A stretch of 64,000 nucleotides of DNA from Candidatus Gottesmanbacteria bacterium GW2011_GWA2_43_14 (GCA_000999095.1 LCFP01000004.1:80930-144929), one strand, 5' to 3'. Shown: positions 49,150 to 57,898, numbered from the stretch's first letter. Notes: generated by a model not told the origin, from the sequence alone. Numbers and translations are program-made.

Positions 49150-50186
49150 AAAGAGCTCTTTTCCTGATATTAGCTGCCGGGGTTATTTACTTTTTATGGG
49201 AAAGCAGTGACAGAACCGGCATACCTTCGCCTAATCCTGATCATAAGCTGTCATATACTGGGTCAATAGGTATCGGGAAAGATAAGCTGGACCGGTCCCT
49301 TTTCTCATTTAAGGCCAATTTAACTAAACTGGACTATGTATCTTTGTACTGGTACAACCTGGATGATGATGGACGGATCAGCCGCGATGATTCAATATCT
49401 GCGGAGATGGAAGAAGAAGTTTTGTCGCTTTCTAAAGAAAACAACCTCAAAATAATGATGGGAATAGGGGATCACGGTGATGTCGGCCGGGCCGACGAAA
49501 TTTTGGATGATAAGGACACACAAAAAGAACATTTTTCTGATGTTTTGGAAACAGCAGCCGAAAAGGGTTACGACGGGGTGACCATTGATTACGAAAACCT
49601 TAAGAATAACCAGGAAGAAGAGTTTACGGAATACATACGCACCCTCTCAAAAGAAATTAAAAATACAGGAAAAATATTGAGTATATCTATACCTGTTGAG
49701 ACCGAAGGCAGGGTAACTCACGGCATCAATCTGACTGAGATAGGCAAAATTGCCGACCGACTGCACCTTAATATATATGAAGAGTACGGCCAGGATACGG
49801 GGCCCGGGCCGATCGCTTCTTTTGAATGGGTAAATGCAGTCATTAAAAACGCTCTTAAACAGGGGGTTCCGGCTGAGAAAATTATTTTAGGCACAGCCCA
49901 TTCAGGGCACGACTGGATCATTGAGCCGGAAGAAGAATTTTATAAGGATATGAGAACAGCCGAGACGTTAACAATTCTTGCGGGAACCGGAGTTGAGCTT
50001 CGTTGGGATGAGGCAAAAAGAGCTAATTTTTTTGAATATACCGACGAAGGGCAAAAGCACCAAGTCTGGCTGGAAGATGCCAGTTCGTTCAAAGCCAAAA
50101 TTGATCTGGCCAAAGCTTACGAGCTGGGAGGAATCTTCATCTGGTATCTGGGCGGCGAAGACCCCGGGATATGGGAAATTCTCTAA
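49146..50186 (+). CDS. glycoside hydrolase family 18-like protein
   Basis: GH18 catalytic DGxDxDxE motif (YDGVTIDYENL). TIM-barrel size. Confidence 0.65.
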   Translation: MKRALFLILAAGVIYFLWESSDRTGIPSPNPDHKLSYTGSIGIGKDKLDRSLFSFKANLTKLDYVSLYWYNLDDDGRISRDDSISAEMEEEVLSLSKENNLKIMMGIGDHGDVGRADEILDDKDTQKEHFSDVLETAAEKGYDGVTIDYENLKNNQEEEFTEYIRTLSKEIKNTGKILSISIPVETEGRVTHGINLTEIGKIADRLHLNIYEEYGQDTGPGPIASFEWVNAVIKNALKQGVPAEKIILGTAHSGHDWIIEPEEEFYKDMRTAETLTILAGTGVELRWDEAKRANFFEYTDEGQKHQVWLEDASSFKAKIDLAKAYELGGIFIWYLGGEDPGIWEIL

Positions 50187-50315
50187 TCCTTATCCTGATT
50201 AGGTTGAGATAAACTCTTATAGAGATATTTATCTATTTTAAGCGATAAATTTTTCGGTCCATTTGTTTTTATGGCAGTTAAAGACAGTAAAGCTTTGCCG
50301 ATGGAAGATTCTGGA

Positions 50316-51318
50316 TTATTTCAGATATTTGTCAAAAAATTGAAGGGATCTGGCGGAAATTTGCGCCCAGCCTAAATTGCGAAAATTGTGGTCCTGTCCG
50401 GGATACTCAAAATACTCAACCTGTTTACCTGCCTGTTTCAATGCTTCGTTCAGCTCTTTTGACCAGGCGGGATCCACTTCGGTATCAAAAAGCCCCTGGT
50501 GGAGGCTTACCGGAGTTGAAATGTAATTTAGAAAATCAATAGGGGAGGCACTTTCGGTGCCTTGATTGTTATTTGCGACTGGGCGTCTACCTCCGTAGAA
50601 TCGGGCATTATCGGAAACACGGGCGCTGGTGGGAGCCCATAAGACGAGAGCTTTGATTTTATCGGTTGCTTCAACCACCCTCAAGCCAACCTCTCCGCCC
50701 TAACTGTGCCCCCACATGCCGATTTTTTCCAGGTTAAGGAAAAGACCGTCAGATTGGTCTTGGGGATTCTTTAGATTTTTTAAGGAGGCAAGAAGGTTTA
50801 AGACGTCAATGGCATATTCGCCGGTGTCCGCGTGATACCCGCCCGTCATCCTCACTATTGCCGTGGCCACGATAGTCTGAAGCCAGGGTCAGATAGCCGT
50901 TGCGGGCCATAATATCCGCCATGGTTTGTGTGCCGTCGCCGCTTTTAAATGAGGTATTATTGAAATAGCCGTGATTGAGGATGATAACGGGAAAACCTCC
51001 GGCAGGGGATTCACCAAAGGGTATATTCATACGGCCGTAAATTTTCAGGCCGTCTGAAGAATATGAAAAAAGGTAACCGCTGTAAGAACCGTTGCGCTCA
51101 ATTTCATTTTCTATTTTAAACTCCCCATCTCCGTATGAGCGTTCCCGCAGGGAGTCAATAAAAGAAGGCTCTTTGTTTTCTTGAGGATCTGAAAAGTTTT
51201 TATTTGCGGATTCCGGTGAAGCTTCCTGTCCATTATTGCCCTGATAGAACTTTTGGAGAAGACTGAAACCGATTAAAACCGGAATAAAAAATAATAAGGG
51301 AAAGAAACGTTTCATCAA
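50316..51318 (-). pseudogene. secreted alpha/beta-hydrolase (dienelactone hydrolase/peptidase S9-like) disrupted by a frameshift and an in-frame TAG
   Basis: N-terminal part (50806..51318) has a signal peptide and runs to YRGHGNSE. C-terminal part (50316..50684) carries the Asp/His region (GQDHNF). The bridging sequence in a third frame reads ...IGMWGHS*GGEV..., i.e. the GxSxG nucleophile motif interrupted by TAG (plus strand cta at 50700..50702). A frame change lies near 50860. Confidence 0.6.
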
Positions 51319-51497
51319 CTAGCATAATTTTGGGGATCAGCTTCAAAGGTTTTTTGGCAGTTTTCCGAGCAGAAATAGTAGGTTTTGCCATCATGGTTGC
51401 TTTTATATTCCGCTTTTTCAGGATCGACCATCATTTTGCAAACCGGATCTTTAACCTTGTTTTTATTGGCGGAAAATAATTTATCTAAGAAACTCAT
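51315..51497 (-). CDS. YHS-domain metal-binding protein
   Basis: DPVCKMMVD...YYFCSENC is the YHS/TRASH motif. Start placed at the ATG at 51497, which forms an ATGA overlap with the upstream DUF305 stop. Confidence 0.7.
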   Translation of the reverse strand: MSFLDKLFSANKNKVKDPVCKMMVDPEKAEYKSNHDGKTYYFCSENCQKTFEADPQNYAS

Positions 51498-51865
51498 GGA
51501 TTTGCCTCCCATTCTTTTTGCCACATTTTCATTTGTTCAATTTCGTTCTCTTGAGCTTCTATTATATCATCTGCCAAATTTTTGATCTCTTCATGCATGC
51601 CTTTTGCTTTCGCTTCTTTGGCCATTTCAATGGCGCCTTCATGATGGACCATCATCGAGTTCATGAAAGCCATATCAAAATCTTCCCCTTCAGCCTTTTC
51701 CAGTGATTGCATCATTTCATTCATGCTGGAATTCATGGTCATCATGCCGCTGCCACCCATCATATTAGCAGGTTGAGCCTGCTGTCTGTTGTAACCTGTT
51801 ATGAGAACTGTTAACAGAATCCCGGCGATAAAAGTTGTAATTGCCAATAAATAATTATTTTTCAT
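51494..51865 (-). CDS. DUF305-family protein (Met/His-rich, copper-resistance-associated)
   Basis: Signal anchor. Met-rich stretch (MMGGSGMMTMNSSMNEMM) and the DUF305 motif MMVHHEGAIEMA. SD sequence GGTGA upstream. Confidence 0.7.
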   Translation of the reverse strand: MKNNYLLAITTFIAGILLTVLITGYNRQQAQPANMMGGSGMMTMNSSMNEMMQSLEKAEGEDFDMAFMNSMMVHHEGAIEMAKEAKAKGMHEEIKNLADDIIEAQENEIEQMKMWQKEWEANP

Positions 51866-51879
51866 TTCAAATCACCGCC

Positions 51880-51900
51880 ATCTATAGATAAGTATCTATA
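51880..51900. promoter_or_regulatory. palindromic operator-like site in the DUF305 promoter region
   Basis: ATCTATAGAT (10-bp perfect palindrome) overlaps TATAGATA-ag-TATCTATA (8-2-8 inverted repeat), 15-37 nt upstream of the DUF305 ATG. A related AGATA-tt-TATCT palindrome lies at 50223..50234. Confidence 0.4.
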
Positions 51901-51949
51901 AATATTAGCATAACAAAGATTAAGATTCCATGAAGAAAGACAGATTCAG

Positions 51950-52612
51950 TCAGACCCGATGGTGATCGATGCCGCGGTAGGCTTTAATAAATTTTTCTAT
52001 TCTCTCTTCATTAAACTCATTGAATTTATCCAACTTGGTCCAGGCTGTCAGGGCGATTTTAGTATCAAGCTGAGGGTAGGGGGCAAGTATTACTTTATCC
52101 TTATATTTTTTTATGACGGCTGTTAATCCGGCAACCAGTTTTTGGCATTCATCTTGCCCTTCGGCACTGTCAGTGGCCTCTTTTTGGCTGTCCCCATCCG
52201 GCGTGCAATTATACTGTACCATAATCCCGCCGTCCTCCAGATTATGAAGCTGGAGTTCGTCAGGAATAGGGGACCCGCTTACTCCCCAGGGGGCTTTATT
52301 ATTCACGTGGGTACCTGAAGTCGGAGGCAGGGAATTGTAAGATTCGTGGGTATCGGTGATGTTTTGGATATGTTCATTGCCTAAGGTGGGGACAAATTCC
52401 CCGGGCTTCGGTTTAGAGGCTTCTCTGATAAACCAGTATCCGCCAGCAAGAAACACCAAACAAGCGGCAATAATTATTCCGTATTTCTGCAACTTACCCA
52501 GCCGCAGCTGTTTATTCATCTGTTCCCGGTAAAATGCACGTTTTATCTTCCTGCGTTCTTTTTTGGGTAATCCTTCAGGTAAATCAGGTCTGTTTTTCAT
52601 AACAGATTTCAC
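51950..52612 (-). CDS. DUF3105-domain protein
   Basis: N-terminal TM segment, then LGNEH...PPTSGTH...HNLEDGG motifs typical of DUF3105. Confidence 0.65.
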   Translation of the reverse strand: MKSVMKNRPDLPEGLPKKERRKIKRAFYREQMNKQLRLGKLQKYGIIIAACLVFLAGGYWFIREASKPKPGEFVPTLGNEHIQNITDTHESYNSLPPTSGTHVNNKAPWGVSGSPIPDELQLHNLEDGGIMVQYNCTPDGDSQKEATDSAEGQDECQKLVAGLTAVIKKYKDKVILAPYPQLDTKIALTAWTKLDKFNEFNEERIEKFIKAYRGIDHHRV

Positions 52613-52725
52613 AAACTTTCAGTAAGGTGTTCTGAATTATTAGTAAGGACAAAAATATAGGGAAAAAGCCTAAAAAGAAATAAGGATAAACTTAAGAAAC
52701 CGGTGAAATATCCATAAATTTATAT

Positions 52726-53466
52726 TTATTTTAAGGCTGCATCAATCATAGGCTTGATACTTTCATAGGGAAGAGCCCCGGGTATAAGCTGGGTACTGCC
52801 ATTTTCAGTCAGAATGATTGTACCGGGAGTTCCAGTTACACCTTCTTCACTTCCTTTGGCCATCTGGTCCTGCACTTTTTGGGTATACTTACCCGAGTCA
52901 AGACATTTTTGGAATTTGGTCTGATCAACCCCTACTTCATTGGCCAGGGAACCCAGTTTGTCCAGCGCAAAGCCGGTGCCATTGGAGGTCGTACGCTCAA
53001 AAATGGCATCAATATATTTCCAAAAAACGTCATTGCCTCCCAATTCGTTGACACACCAGCCTGCCTCCGCTTCTTTTTGTGCATTCTGATGAAAGTTTAA
53101 AGGGTAATCACGATACACCCATTTTACTTTATCACCGTATTCTTTCATGACCTGCTGCATGGTGGGATGAAAATTTTTACAGTAGGGACATTCCAGATCA
53201 GAGTATTCAATAAGTGCTACTTTGGCGTTTTTGTTGCCTCTCACGCGGTCATCACTTTCCAATTCCGGCTTTTTGGCTGCAGGTTGGGGAGAGGGGATTT
53301 GCGCGGAAACGGTGTCGTTTCCTCCTGTCCCGGCCTGGATTTCCGCCACGCCCGGGTTTCCTTTTTCCAGAAGTTTAACTTTGGTGTAAAGGGAACCGAT
53401 TGCAAACGAAGCGACAATTAGAAGGGCAACCAGAATTAATGAGCTTTTAGATTTTACTTCAGACAT
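52726..53466 (-). CDS. DsbA-family thiol:disulfide oxidoreductase (BdbD-like)
   Basis: Signal anchor. Thioredoxin-fold CxxC (ECPYCKNF). Confidence 0.8.
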   Translation of the reverse strand: MSEVKSKSSLILVALLIVASFAIGSLYTKVKLLEKGNPGVAEIQAGTGGNDTVSAQIPSPQPAAKKPELESDDRVRGNKNAKVALIEYSDLECPYCKNFHPTMQQVMKEYGDKVKWVYRDYPLNFHQNAQKEAEAGWCVNELGGNDVFWKYIDAIFERTTSNGTGFALDKLGSLANEVGVDQTKFQKCLDSGKYTQKVQDQMAKGSEEGVTGTPGTIILTENGSTQLIPGALPYESIKPMIDAALK

Positions 53467-53468
53467 AT

Positions 53469-53485
53469 TACTACAAAGTGTAGTA
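53469..53485. promoter_or_regulatory. BlaI/CopY-type operator (perfect 7-3-7 palindrome TACTACA-aag-TGTAGTA) abutting the dsbA-like start codon
   Basis: Perfect inverted repeat located 2 nt upstream of the ATG (minus strand) of 52726..53466. A near-identical site lies upstream of the BlaI/CopY-like gene (54817..54833). Confidence 0.5.
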
Positions 53486-53510
53486 GTAAAGCTGACGGTT
53501 TGTCAATAGG

Positions 53511-54446
53511 TCAAAGCGGGAGTATATAAAGTCCGGAACATGAATGGTGGCATTCTGTATTCGGGCGGCAAAAAGATTTATGTCCCCCGTTTTCCGGACC
53601 GGTTTCCGCAGTTGACACTGAAGATAAAGCAAACACCAGAAAAATTATAAGAGTGAAAAAGGTTTGGAGGAGATTTTTAAGTGAGGGTTTTTTGGCGGGA
53701 ACTTTCAGATTAAGAAGCGCCTTTATTCTGGCCTCAAGAGTTTCGTACGCGTTTAATCCGGCAACCGCCGGCAGGGGAGCGGGTTTGTATGTTATGAGTT
53801 TTTTAAGAACATCTGACAGACAGTATTGGTCATTTTTTTGCCGGATGGCCTGCCGGTCAGCCTCAAGTTCGCGATTCAGTCTGTAATTTCCTATCAGATC
53901 TGAAACAAGCGGAAAGAAGGGAAATAAGCATTGGGTTAGATCGGCCAACAAAAGGGTGGCCGTATCTTTGTTTTCCAAATGGTATTTTTCGTGGCGCAGA
54001 ATGACTGCCAGTTCCTTCAGGCTAACCAGCCTGATAATTCCGGTGGTTATGAATATCCTAGGGTTTAAAAAGCCAAAGCAAAAAGCGGTCGGAGCATTTT
54101 TTGGGAGGATCATTACTTTATTTTCCAAACCTAAATCTTTAATAAGTCTTCTCGTCCGTTTATTCCCGGTAACCAGCGGGGAAAGGGTGCGGCTAAAGCG
54201 GTATATTTTAAAGAACGAGATAAGCAGTTTTATGGCAGTATGGAGTATCAGTAGGGACAAAAATATAAAAATAAAATCTCCAACAAGAGGGCTTGAGCCA
54301 AATGATATGTTTTTTACCATTTCCCGACAGTAATAAAGCGCATGATGAAAAAAAACCGGAAAAAACCTAAACAATATTAACAGATAACCTGATATAAGAA
54401 AGGTAAAAAGAAATGAAAAAACAAAAAGATATTTATTTATTTTCAT
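53511..54446 (-). CDS. M56-family peptidase, BlaR1/MecR1-like transducer protease domain without a penicillin-binding sensor domain
   Basis: 4 TM segments plus a zinc-protease motif HEKYHLENKD (compare BlaR1 HELYHxxRxD). It overlaps the upstream repressor gene by 14 bp. 311 aa, and there is no C-terminal PBP domain. Confidence 0.7.
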   Translation of the reverse strand: MKINKYLFVFSFLFTFLISGYLLILFRFFPVFFHHALYYCREMVKNISFGSSPLVGDFIFIFLSLLILHTAIKLLISFFKIYRFSRTLSPLVTGNKRTRRLIKDLGLENKVMILPKNAPTAFCFGFLNPRIFITTGIIRLVSLKELAVILRHEKYHLENKDTATLLLADLTQCLFPFFPLVSDLIGNYRLNRELEADRQAIRQKNDQYCLSDVLKKLITYKPAPLPAVAGLNAYETLEARIKALLNLKVPAKKPSLKNLLQTFFTLIIFLVFALSSVSTAETGPENGGHKSFCRPNTECHHSCSGLYILPL

Positions 54447-54813
54447 CCGGATTGGCCAATAATTTTAACAGGCGCTTTTTTTTATCCTTGGGGAGCCGTT
54501 CGATCGATTGGGCAAAAGAGGCAACCGCCGAATCGCCAAAGGAAGAGAAAAACTGGCGCATAAATGACCGGGCGGCGCTTTTACCGTAATCGACTTTTGA
54601 AATTTTGGGAAAGTAGTACAGGCGGGAATCATGAGTTTCCTTCAAGACTAAGCCTTTTTGATAAAGGCGGGAAAGGATGGTGGCCACGGTAGTATAAGCA
54701 AGTTTTTTCTTAAGGTTGATTTTTCTCACGACATCACGCACAGAACAATCACCGCATGCCCAGACAATTTCCATAATCAGTTGTTCCAGATGGCTTAATG
54801 ATTTGACGGACAT
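54433..54813 (-). CDS. BlaI/MecI/CopY-family transcriptional repressor
   Basis: Penicillinase-repressor winged-helix N-terminus (LSHLEQLIMEIVWACGDCSVRDVVRKI...TTVATILSRLYQKGLV) and a C-terminal dimerisation helix. Confidence 0.8.
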   Translation of the reverse strand: MSVKSLSHLEQLIMEIVWACGDCSVRDVVRKINLKKKLAYTTVATILSRLYQKGLVLKETHDSRLYYFPKISKVDYGKSAARSFMRQFFSSFGDSAVASFAQSIERLPKDKKKRLLKLLANPDENK

Positions 54814-54816
54814 ATT

Positions 54817-54833
54817 TACTACAGAGTGTAGAA
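54817..54833. promoter_or_regulatory. BlaI/CopY-type operator (TACTACA-gag-TGTAGAA), autoregulatory position
   Basis: TACA/TGTA dyad typical of BlaI/MecI/CopY boxes, 3 nt upstream of the repressor ATG. It shares a roughly 20-nt conserved block (CTACAC-T-y-TGTAGTAA-ATATGTC) with the site at 53469. Confidence 0.5.
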
Positions 54834-54866
54834 TAGGATTAATTAAATTTCAACAAGGAGATTGGA

Positions 54867-57161
54867 TCAAACGGTTACTAAATCCTTTTCCGCACGGTTA
54901 AGAAGGACGGCGTTGGTGGCGACAATGATAGAGGAGATGCTCATCAGAAGCGCTGAGATTTCCGGTCTCAAGATAATACCGTATTTGGGATATAAGACTC
55001 CGGCGGCAACAGGAATGGCCAGCAAATTATAGATTGAAGCCCAAAAAAGGTTTTGCTTCATTTTGGTAACGGTGGCTTTGCTTAGACGGATAGCCCTTAA
55101 AATATCCGCCGGATCGGATTTCATCAGAACTACCTTGGCGGTTTCGATGGCCACATCAGTACCGGCTCCGATGGCAATGCCGATGTCAGCCTGGGCAAGG
55201 GCGGGTGCGTCGTTGACCCCGTCACCGACCATGGCGACAAATTTTACTTCTTTTTGAAGTTTTTTGACGTATGAGGCTTTATCTTCTGGGAGCACTTCAG
55301 AAAAGATCCTATCTATATTAAGCTGCTTGCCGATAGCCTCTGCAGTTTTTTTGTTATCTCCGGTGATCATCGCAACCTCTAACCCGAGCTCCTTCATGCG
55401 AGTAATCGCTTGCTTGGCGTTTTCCTTCACAGGATCAGAAGCGGCTGCGACACCAGCAATCTTAGTGTTAACTGCAAGTACCATAATTGTCTTGCCCCCT
55501 GAGAAAAGTCTATCTATATCATTTTGAAGTGGTGAAATATCAACCTTTGAATCTTTCATTAATTTTACGGTTCCCACAAGTACATGCTTACCGTCAACTA
55601 CTGCCTCAACCCCATGGCCTGCTAGATTTTTAAACTTTTCAACCCTGGTAGAAATACTGACTTTTCTTCTTTTAGCTTCCTCTAAAACCGCCAGACTCAA
55701 CGGGTGCGAAGATTTAGCTTCGGCTGCAGCGTCAAGAGCAATAATATCGTTCTCGGTAAATCCTTTGGAGGCAACAACATCAGTAATTTTGGGCTTGCCT
55801 TCAGTGAGGGTTCCAGTTTTATCAAGAACGACAGCCTGGATTCGTGAAACCTGTTCGAGAGTAGGAGCATCTTTAATTAAAATATTATGTTTGGCGCCAA
55901 GGCCTGTTCCGACTGCTACAGCAGTAGGGGTGGCCAGGCCTAAAGCATCGGGGCAGGCAATTACTACAGTTGATATGGCAAAAGTCAGAGCGAAAAGTAG
56001 AGGCTGTCCTAATATAAAATACCAAACAGCAAAAGTCAGAAGACCTCCTCCTACTGCCACAATCACCAGATATTTGGCAAAACGGTCGGCCAGTTTCTGG
56101 CCGGGAGCCTTGGAATTTTGGGCAATTTCAACCATTTTGACTATCTGGGCCAAAGCTGTGTCAGAGCCAATTTTGGTCGCTTTGAATTTGACTGAACCTG
56201 AGGTATTGATTGAACCACCAATTACCGTATCACCAACACTTTTAGTAACAGGCAAAGATTCTCCTGTCACCAGGGATTCATCAATAGCAGTTTCACCATC
56301 GATGATTTCTCCATCAACCGGAATTTTATCTCCAGGCTTGAGAATAAGAATATCCCCGAGTTTGACTTCCGATGTAGGCACAAAAGTCTCTTCCCCGTCT
56401 TTCCAGAGCCTTGCCTGTGGAGGAACAAGATCAAACAATGCTTGGAGGGCATCTGTAGTCCCGCGTCTACTTTTCATCTCCATCCAATGACCAAAGAGAA
56501 CAAAGGTAGTGAGCATGGCCGCGGCTTCATAGAATGATTCTTCACTGCCCAGGAGTGATAAGACGACACTGAATACGTAAGCCGCAGTAATACCAACAGC
56601 AATCAGAACCGCCATGTTAAGAGTTTTGGCTTGCAATGCTTTGTATGTTGAGTAAAGAAATATCCAGCCTGAATAAAAGAAAACGGGAGTAGTCAAAAGA
56701 AACATAATCCAATTGGCAGAAATTGGCGTTGGAAGCCTTAACCCCAAAATATTTGTACCAAGCGGAGAGTAGGCAATAATAGGCAAGGTGAGTATGAGGG
56801 CGACAAAAAACTTATTGCGGATGTCTTCTTCCATGAGTTTAGCCATTTCCCGTCCCGCTAAACCCCCATGCTCCATACCCATCGCCATAGTCATGCTAAT
56901 CTTGAACTTTTCCCAGGAGGACATCTCTGAGACAGGTTTCATCATATGCTCGCCATGTTTCATAGCCCCATGCTCGCCCGCTTTGCCCTTCGGGCTTCGA
57001 GGGGCAGGCATTCCATCGTGGTTCATTTTACCCTCTGCTATTTTTTTATCCTTCATAGCATTAGCGACGAGGGGCATCCCGCATTTTGGGCAAGTCCCGG
57101 GTTTACTCCGATGTACATCGGAGTGCATCGGACATGTATAATTTTCGGTTTCTGAGGTCAT
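54867..57161 (-). CDS. P1B-type heavy-metal ATPase with a Cys4 N-terminal metal-binding domain, a His/Met-rich linker and an atypical CPD transmembrane motif
   Basis: N-terminal CPMHSDVHRSKPGTCPKCGM (HMBD/zinc-ribbon-like). His/Met-rich segment (HDGMPAPRSPKGKAGEHGAMKHGEHMMKP...MTMAMGMEHGG). TM6 reads IACPDALGLATP, confirmed on the DNA at 55936..55952. DKTGTLT, YN and MSISS motifs, and GDGVNDAP. Confidence 0.9.
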   Translation of the reverse strand: MTSETENYTCPMHSDVHRSKPGTCPKCGMPLVANAMKDKKIAEGKMNHDGMPAPRSPKGKAGEHGAMKHGEHMMKPVSEMSSWEKFKISMTMAMGMEHGGLAGREMAKLMEEDIRNKFFVALILTLPIIAYSPLGTNILGLRLPTPISANWIMFLLTTPVFFYSGWIFLYSTYKALQAKTLNMAVLIAVGITAAYVFSVVLSLLGSEESFYEAAAMLTTFVLFGHWMEMKSRRGTTDALQALFDLVPPQARLWKDGEETFVPTSEVKLGDILILKPGDKIPVDGEIIDGETAIDESLVTGESLPVTKSVGDTVIGGSINTSGSVKFKATKIGSDTALAQIVKMVEIAQNSKAPGQKLADRFAKYLVIVAVGGGLLTFAVWYFILGQPLLFALTFAISTVVIACPDALGLATPTAVAVGTGLGAKHNILIKDAPTLEQVSRIQAVVLDKTGTLTEGKPKITDVVASKGFTENDIIALDAAAEAKSSHPLSLAVLEEAKRRKVSISTRVEKFKNLAGHGVEAVVDGKHVLVGTVKLMKDSKVDISPLQNDIDRLFSGGKTIMVLAVNTKIAGVAAASDPVKENAKQAITRMKELGLEVAMITGDNKKTAEAIGKQLNIDRIFSEVLPEDKASYVKKLQKEVKFVAMVGDGVNDAPALAQADIGIAIGAGTDVAIETAKVVLMKSDPADILRAIRLSKATVTKMKQNLFWASIYNLLAIPVAAGVLYPKYGIILRPEISALLMSISSIIVATNAVLLNRAEKDLVTV

Positions 57162-57181
57162 AATTTAATGATACAAGATTT

Positions 57182-57847
57182 TCATTTCGAATTCCCTGAA
57201 ATAGCGGATTTAGCGATCATTTCGTCCAGAAGAAGTTTTACATTGGGAATAAAACCGGGAACTTCGTTTTTATATACTTTGTACACCGACCCGAATTTCC
57301 TGAGCATCTTTTTTTCTTCACTTTTTGCCAGACGGATGTAGCGGAAAATAAGGATCGGCGCCATGACAAGCGTTATAATGGTTGGCCACTGGATGAGAAA
57401 ACCAACAATTATAAGGATAAAGGCCAGATATTGAGGGTGGCGCAGATATTTATAGACACTAATAACAGCCAGACTTTGTTGCTTTTGGGCTTTATAAAGG
57501 ACTTCCCAGGCTTTACCCAAAAGAATTAACCCTCCGATAATAAGCGCGTAACTGATGATATGCAGGATATTAAAGTGAGGATCACCTTTCAGACCCAACA
57601 GGGTGTTTAATATATGACCGTTGTTGTGTGTAAAATCCAAGCCTAACCGACTTCCAAAGAACGAAGTTAACAGGTAAATTGTCAAAGGAAATCCATACAT
57701 TTCGGCAAACAGCGCGACTATAAAGGCTCCAAAGATACAGTAAGTCTGCCAATCAATCTTTGTTCTTGGTTTGAAAGCGCTATAAATAAAATAGAGAAAA
57801 AGAACAATATTGAATAAAACCAGAAGCCAGTTACCATACTCATACAT
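57182..57847 (-). CDS. isoprenylcysteine carboxyl methyltransferase (ICMT/PEMT)-family membrane protein
   Basis: C-terminal region RHPQY...EE..L...FG..Y..Y is characteristic of the ICMT family. 5-6 TM segments. Confidence 0.65.
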   Translation of the reverse strand: MYEYGNWLLVLFNIVLFLYFIYSAFKPRTKIDWQTYCIFGAFIVALFAEMYGFPLTIYLLTSFFGSRLGLDFTHNNGHILNTLLGLKGDPHFNILHIISYALIIGGLILLGKAWEVLYKAQKQQSLAVISVYKYLRHPQYLAFILIIVGFLIQWPTIITLVMAPILIFRYIRLAKSEEKKMLRKFGSVYKVYKNEVPGFIPNVKLLLDEMIAKSAISGNSK

Positions 57848-57898
57848 ATACGAACAGTGTAACAGTAAGAGATTAAGAATTTATGAGGCCTTTATCAA

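Noticed and set aside
50272-50376. 34-codon plus-strand ORF in the GH18/pseudogene intergenic region
   Set aside because: No SD sequence, it runs into the 3' end of the convergent gene, and there is no supporting conservation. Probably spurious.
50700-50702. Possibility that the in-frame TAG in the hydrolase reflects stop-codon recoding
   Set aside because: TAG terminates other well-supported genes in the window (for example the DUF554 gene at 9880..9882), and the same gene also carries a frameshift. A pseudogene or a sequencing error is more parsimonious.
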